Assembly: GCF_006345805.1 (NCBI RefSeq)
Contig: NC_043014.1
Span: 40,362,001-40,426,000, forward strand
Reading direction: 5' to 3'
Length of the DNA: 64,000 nt
Source: Octopus sinensis
Lineage: Eukaryota
Shown here: positions 61,855-64,000 of the stretch, piece after piece
Layout: every line of letters starts with the position of its first letter
Position numbering within the stretch: position 1 is the first letter of the stretch
Notes under the pieces: generated by a model
The model's database searches: none
What the model was told of the DNA's origin: nothing
What the model saw: only the letters and a program-made list of their open reading frames with translations
Position numbers and translations under genes: made by a program

Positions 61855-63587
61855 GTATATTCTCAAATTCTTTGTTTAAGCATTTATAAAATCTCACCCT
61901 CAGGTACACTCACATAAACACATTTATGTTCACCTGTATTATATATACTGATGCAGCCATTGTCATCTTCATCATCATCATTTTCCTTGTCATCATCATT
62001 TAATGTCTGTTTTCGATGCTGGCATGGGTTGAATGGTTTGACAGGAGCTAGCTGGGCGGAAAACTGCACGAAGTTTCACTGTCTGTTTTGGATGAGGAAA
62101 GCGAGAGAGAGAATAAATTATATAAGGCGAACAAGACAACTTTTGGGACAGAATTTGGCGAGCTGGCAGAATTGTTAGCACGCCGAGTGAAATGCGTAGC
62201 CGTATTTCATCTGCCGCTACAGTCTGAGTTCAAATTCCGCCAAGGTTGACTTTACCTTTCATCCTTTCGGGGTCAATAAATTAAGTACCAGTTACGCACT
62301 GGGGTTGATCTAATCGACTTAATCCCTTTGTCTGTCCTTGTTTGTCCCCTCTATGTTTAGCCCCTTGTGGGCAATAAAGAAATAAGAATTTAAGAATGTT
62401 GATATTTTATGAAAAGAATATGGAAATAGAGAAAAGATTAACGAAAACAAAAGGTTTGATAAGAGTAAAAGTGGAACACGACATGTTTGAACCAAGCGTT
62501 AGAGCGGTGTTAGTGGAAAAAGAAAAAAACATTTAAAGATAAGATTAAAATATGTCATATATATATTCGCTATGATAATTTGACCAACGTGATTGGGATG
62601 GAGGACATAATTGAATATATAACTGATAGATAAATAGAACGATTACAAACTGTATTACAAAATGTATAAAGAACTGTAAAATGAAACTGTGAGCTTGGGG
62701 GACTTGTAAGCCATTCCCTTTCCCATTGCCCATAACTCATATCATATCCATTATTTTTTATATGTACCCCAAATTTTGTATTGTTTGTATGTAATTGTAA
62801 TGTCCATTCTATATTCAGGCTACATGCCTATAATAAAGAGAAAACTGTCTGTTTTGGCATGGTTTTTATGGCTGGATGCCCTTCCTAACACCAACCATCT
62901 TACAGAGTGGACCATTCTATGAAGTATATACTGCTACTAGTAGTTTCACCATAGATTTTAAAACCGAATCAATGATTGGGAAATGTGAAACTAGTGACTT
63001 GTCATAAAGACATGCCAACTTGTACCATATGAATTGATATCCCGTGAAACCATCAGAAAATTATTGCGATCATGGAACTATTTGAAGTTATGTGTTAGCC
63101 CATGCATTGACTATATTAATATATACATTTATATACATTTTATTCTACAATTGTATTGAATACCCTTTTTGAACACTTTTGTTCATATAATTTCATTTAT
63201 AATATATATATATATATCTCCTCATCTCCTCATTCTACATTGAGTGAAAAACGGGATGGACGCTTCGATTTTGTTTTGGTGCCTCGCTCTGTCGTACGCG
63301 ACTATGAGGATTTGCATCCCCAACGTAATTCATCTTTTTCCCAAACTTATAATGTAATACATGTCCTTGGAGTAGTAATTGTACGCGGCTGAAGAAGGCT
63401 ATTGACATACAAATTACATCAATTATGCATTGATATAAACCATCTAATAAAAGCCAGAAGTATATGTACCGCTAAATCCTTTGCATTATGTTTTTTTTTG
63501 ATAAATATACTCTATCACCTACACCACTAAATGGCATATACAGGTGCTTACAATTATCAAGTATTCACCCTGAATTTTTTGTACCCA

Positions 63588-63619
<32 letters not shown>

Positions 63620-64000
63620 CAATAAATCTATGTGTGTGTGTATGTGTGTGTACTTCCTATATATAAAGTGGTGCAATTCCTATATATATATAATCAGATT
63701 TATTAGAGTGTTGGACAAAGTGCTTCGTGGAACATGTTCCAGCTTTGGGCATTTTGAGTTCAAATCTTATTCAGGTCAGCTTTGCTTTTCATTTTACCTC
63801 TGTTGGTAAAACAAAATGCCAGACAAGAAGCAGGATTGATTTAATGAACTAGCCCTCTCCCAGAGGTGGAGCCAGGCTCTAAAGTTTGGAGGAGGGAGCA
63901 TTTAAAAAAAATGTACCATAACACATACAAAATAATTTTAATTCATTTCTCTTATACTCTTTGCTCTCTTTTTACTCTTTTACTTGTTTCAGTCATTTGA

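Noticed and set aside
62800-62840. Candidate next dynein exon after ttcag at 62818
   Set aside because: The required phase-0 frame reads ATCL then stop, with no dynein similarity; the next exon is probably outside the window.
63156-63392. 78-aa ORF near the window end
   Set aside because: No recognisable motif or splice context; starts within a (TA)n-containing tract.

Overview
AT-rich, microsatellite- and transposon-dense animal genomic DNA; the repeat landscape suggests an octopod cephalopod (inference). The whole window lies inside one + strand gene, an axonemal outer-arm dynein heavy chain of the DNAH5/DNAH8 (gamma) type. Ten GT-AG exons (1001-1208, 3552-3713, 4371-4601, 7511-7683, 12809-12987, 34838-35025, 36537-36731, 52186-52482, 59613-59859, 61613-61854; 2122 nt, about 707 aa) splice in frame and encode the end of the linker, AAA1, its lid and most of AAA2. 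Both gene ends lie outside the window. The introns (0.66-21.9 kb) hold at least five tRNA-derived SINE families, hAT/piggyBac/pogo/MULE-type MITEs, Helitrons, and decayed mariner, RTE, CR1-like, Gypsy and Penelope-like fragments. The most interesting unexplained signal is seven type I hammerhead-ribozyme (HHR) motifs from about six unrelated sequence contexts. One has a fully intact core on the sense strand of the dynein pre-mRNA (53777-53829), next to an inverted inactivated twin. Another sits in a Pol III (tRNA-head) element bounded by inverted repeats (22395-22943). Also notable are a tail-to-tail pair of ~0.9 kb composite Helitrons, opposing tandem SINE arrays, and duplications whose breakpoints fall on MITE termini. 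Everything was read by eye; family names come from remembered consensus motifs, not database searches, and repeat boundaries are approximate unless termini or TSDs are quoted.
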